Of a stretch of 64,000 nucleotides of DNA, positions 63,373 through 64,000 are shown piece after piece. Both the position numbers and the translations under genes were made by a program. The notes under the pieces are model-generated. The model did no database searches, was not told the origin of the DNA, and was given only the letters and a program-made list of their open reading frames with translations. The DNA comes from Planctomycetota bacterium (GTDB lineage: Bacteria > Planctomycetota > SZUA-567 > H5-PLA8). The DNA lies in NCBI GenBank assembly GCA_016200135.1, contig JACQFI010000115.1:1-64000 (forward strand), given 5' to 3'. Position 1 is the stretch's first letter. Each line of letters begins with the position of its first letter.

Positions 63373-64000
63373 TCAGGCGGCGGCCCAGGAAGCGCCCCAG
63401 GCGTGGGAGCTGAGCCGTAATGCGTACGTCAAGGCATGCAGCACGTCGTCCTGGCCGCCACTGGGACAGACGAAGCGATGGCGCCGGGCGGCGTTGTCAT
63501 AAAGCGCGGTCTCGTGCCAGAGCTCTTCGAGGCATTTCCCGCAGTCCGTGAGCCTGGGGAAGCGGATTTTCTTTTTCTTGATCCGCGTAAACACTTCGCC
63601 GATCCATGCAGTGCGATCGACGGTCCAGCGGTACATGCTCCGAGAAAATTGGGGACTCGACTCCGTATCCGCATACATCAGGCCGTAAAGCCCTAGGCTG
63701 CGGTGGGCCTCCTGGCAGTTCATGAGCAGCAGGCGGTTCAGAACGGAGCCGTTGCCGTTCGCGTCGGCGGCCACCAGATCGATCCCGAGTGCGATTATCA
63801 AGTCCTTGGCCCGCGCCAGAGCGTCATCGAAACCGTCGGCGATCGGCATCGACTCCAGATGGAGGACCTGAAAGATCCCCTGGGCGTCGTGGGCGCCCAC
63901 CACGAACGCCGTACGCGAGTTCACGCCGCCGGACCAGTCGATGCCCAGCACCAGGGACTGCAGCATCAGGTTCACACCGCTCAACTTCTGCCGCTCCCGT
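63373..64000 (-). CDS. Partial CDS (3' part; continues beyond window) with RNase-H-like nuclease domain resembling phage terminase large-subunit C-terminal / RuvC-like resolvase
   Basis: LVLGIDWSGGVNSRTAFVVGAHD resembles the first strand and acidic residue of terminase/RuvC nucleases. The frame is still open at the window edge (no stop upstream of 63984). Confidence 0.35.
   Translation of the reverse strand, partial: RERQKLSGVNLMLQSLVLGIDWSGGVNSRTAFVVGAHDAQGIFQVLHLESMPIADGFDDALARAKDLIIALGIDLVAADANGNGSVLNRLLLMNCQEAHRSLGLYGLMYADTESSPQFSRSMYRWTVDRTAWIGEVFTRIKKKKIRFPRLTDCGKCLEELWHETALYDNAARRHRFVCPSGGQDDVLHALTYALRLSSHAWGASWAAA

Noticed and set aside
63166-63420. 84-aa plus-strand ORF across the AT-rich patch
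   Set aside because: Gly/Arg-rich, and it spans an obviously promoter-like AT-rich segment. More likely the upstream region of the minus-strand gene starting at 63116/63197.
1-64000. CRISPR array, tRNA or rRNA genes
   Set aside because: No regularly spaced direct repeats with unique spacers were seen. No cloverleaf-like conserved tRNA segments or rRNA signature stretches were recognised in the few non-coding gaps. An Infernal/tRNAscan run would be needed to be certain.
52445-64000. Calling the island a prophage or integrative element outright
   Set aside because: No integrase, excisionase, att repeats or tRNA target are visible inside the window. Only indirect signals (XRE regulator, Cas4-like nuclease, partial terminase-like RNase-H fragment, AT-rich promoter) are present, so it is reported as a hypothesis in the findings rather than as a mobile_element feature.

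Overview
High-GC (about 65%) bacterial chromosomal segment. Gene content (secreted PQQ-like beta-propeller paralog families, Sel1 protein, fucosidase/CAZyme cluster) suggests the PVC superphylum (Planctomycetota/Verrucomicrobiota); this is inference from content only.

Layout by coordinate:
(1) 358-6171: two paralogous AraR-like GntR-HTH/LacI-domain chimeric regulators flank a Sel1-repeat membrane protein and a secreted hypothetical.
(2) 6220-25987: eight tandem minus-strand paralogs of secreted PQQ-like (BamB-like) beta-propeller proteins. Five are long forms (~880-970 aa with a conserved C-terminal extra domain) and three are short forms (~590-600 aa). A conserved 16-21 bp motif (TCATTTTCTGTGCTAGAAAAT) sits ~127 bp upstream of the first gene of three apparent transcription units.
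(3) 26250-38202: housekeeping/accessory genes: VOC/glyoxalase, PIG-L deacetylase, SGNH-like hydrolase, orphan phoU, long-form pyruvate-kinase-like, NfeD+flotillin pair, transglutaminase-like, large polytopic membrane protein.
(4) 38285-46339: AraC-regulated carbohydrate-active cluster (GH29 alpha-L-fucosidase, putative beta-propeller GH, alpha/beta esterase, secreted jelly-roll-like protein, pectate-lyase-fold beta-helix protein) with an unusual AT-rich intergenic patch carrying a perfect palindrome.
(5) 46358-51420: DUF2848, cupin, nitrilase fused to an unknown C-terminal domain, FCD-type GntR regulator, HpaB-family flavin monooxygenase.
(6) 52445-64000: an island that looks like a ubiquitination-like conjugation cassette (ThiS/MoaD-like Ubl, UBC-like E2 with an HPN-like active-site motif, JAMM/JAB peptidase with intact HxHx7Sx2D, minimal ThiF-type E1). 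On the same strand lie an AAA+ ATPase-DUF1257-DUF2997-small ORF module, a Cas4-like PD-(D/E)xK nuclease, several small well-initiated ORFs, and a partial RNase-H-like (terminase-nuclease-like) ORF at the window edge. An XRE HTH regulator lies at the island's left edge. This island is the best candidate for a novel or poorly described system (Bil/Bub-like antiviral Ubl conjugation with an associated AAA+ unfoldase module).

No rRNA, tRNA or CRISPR array was recognised. Many long antisense or alternative-frame ORFs are GC-driven artefacts.
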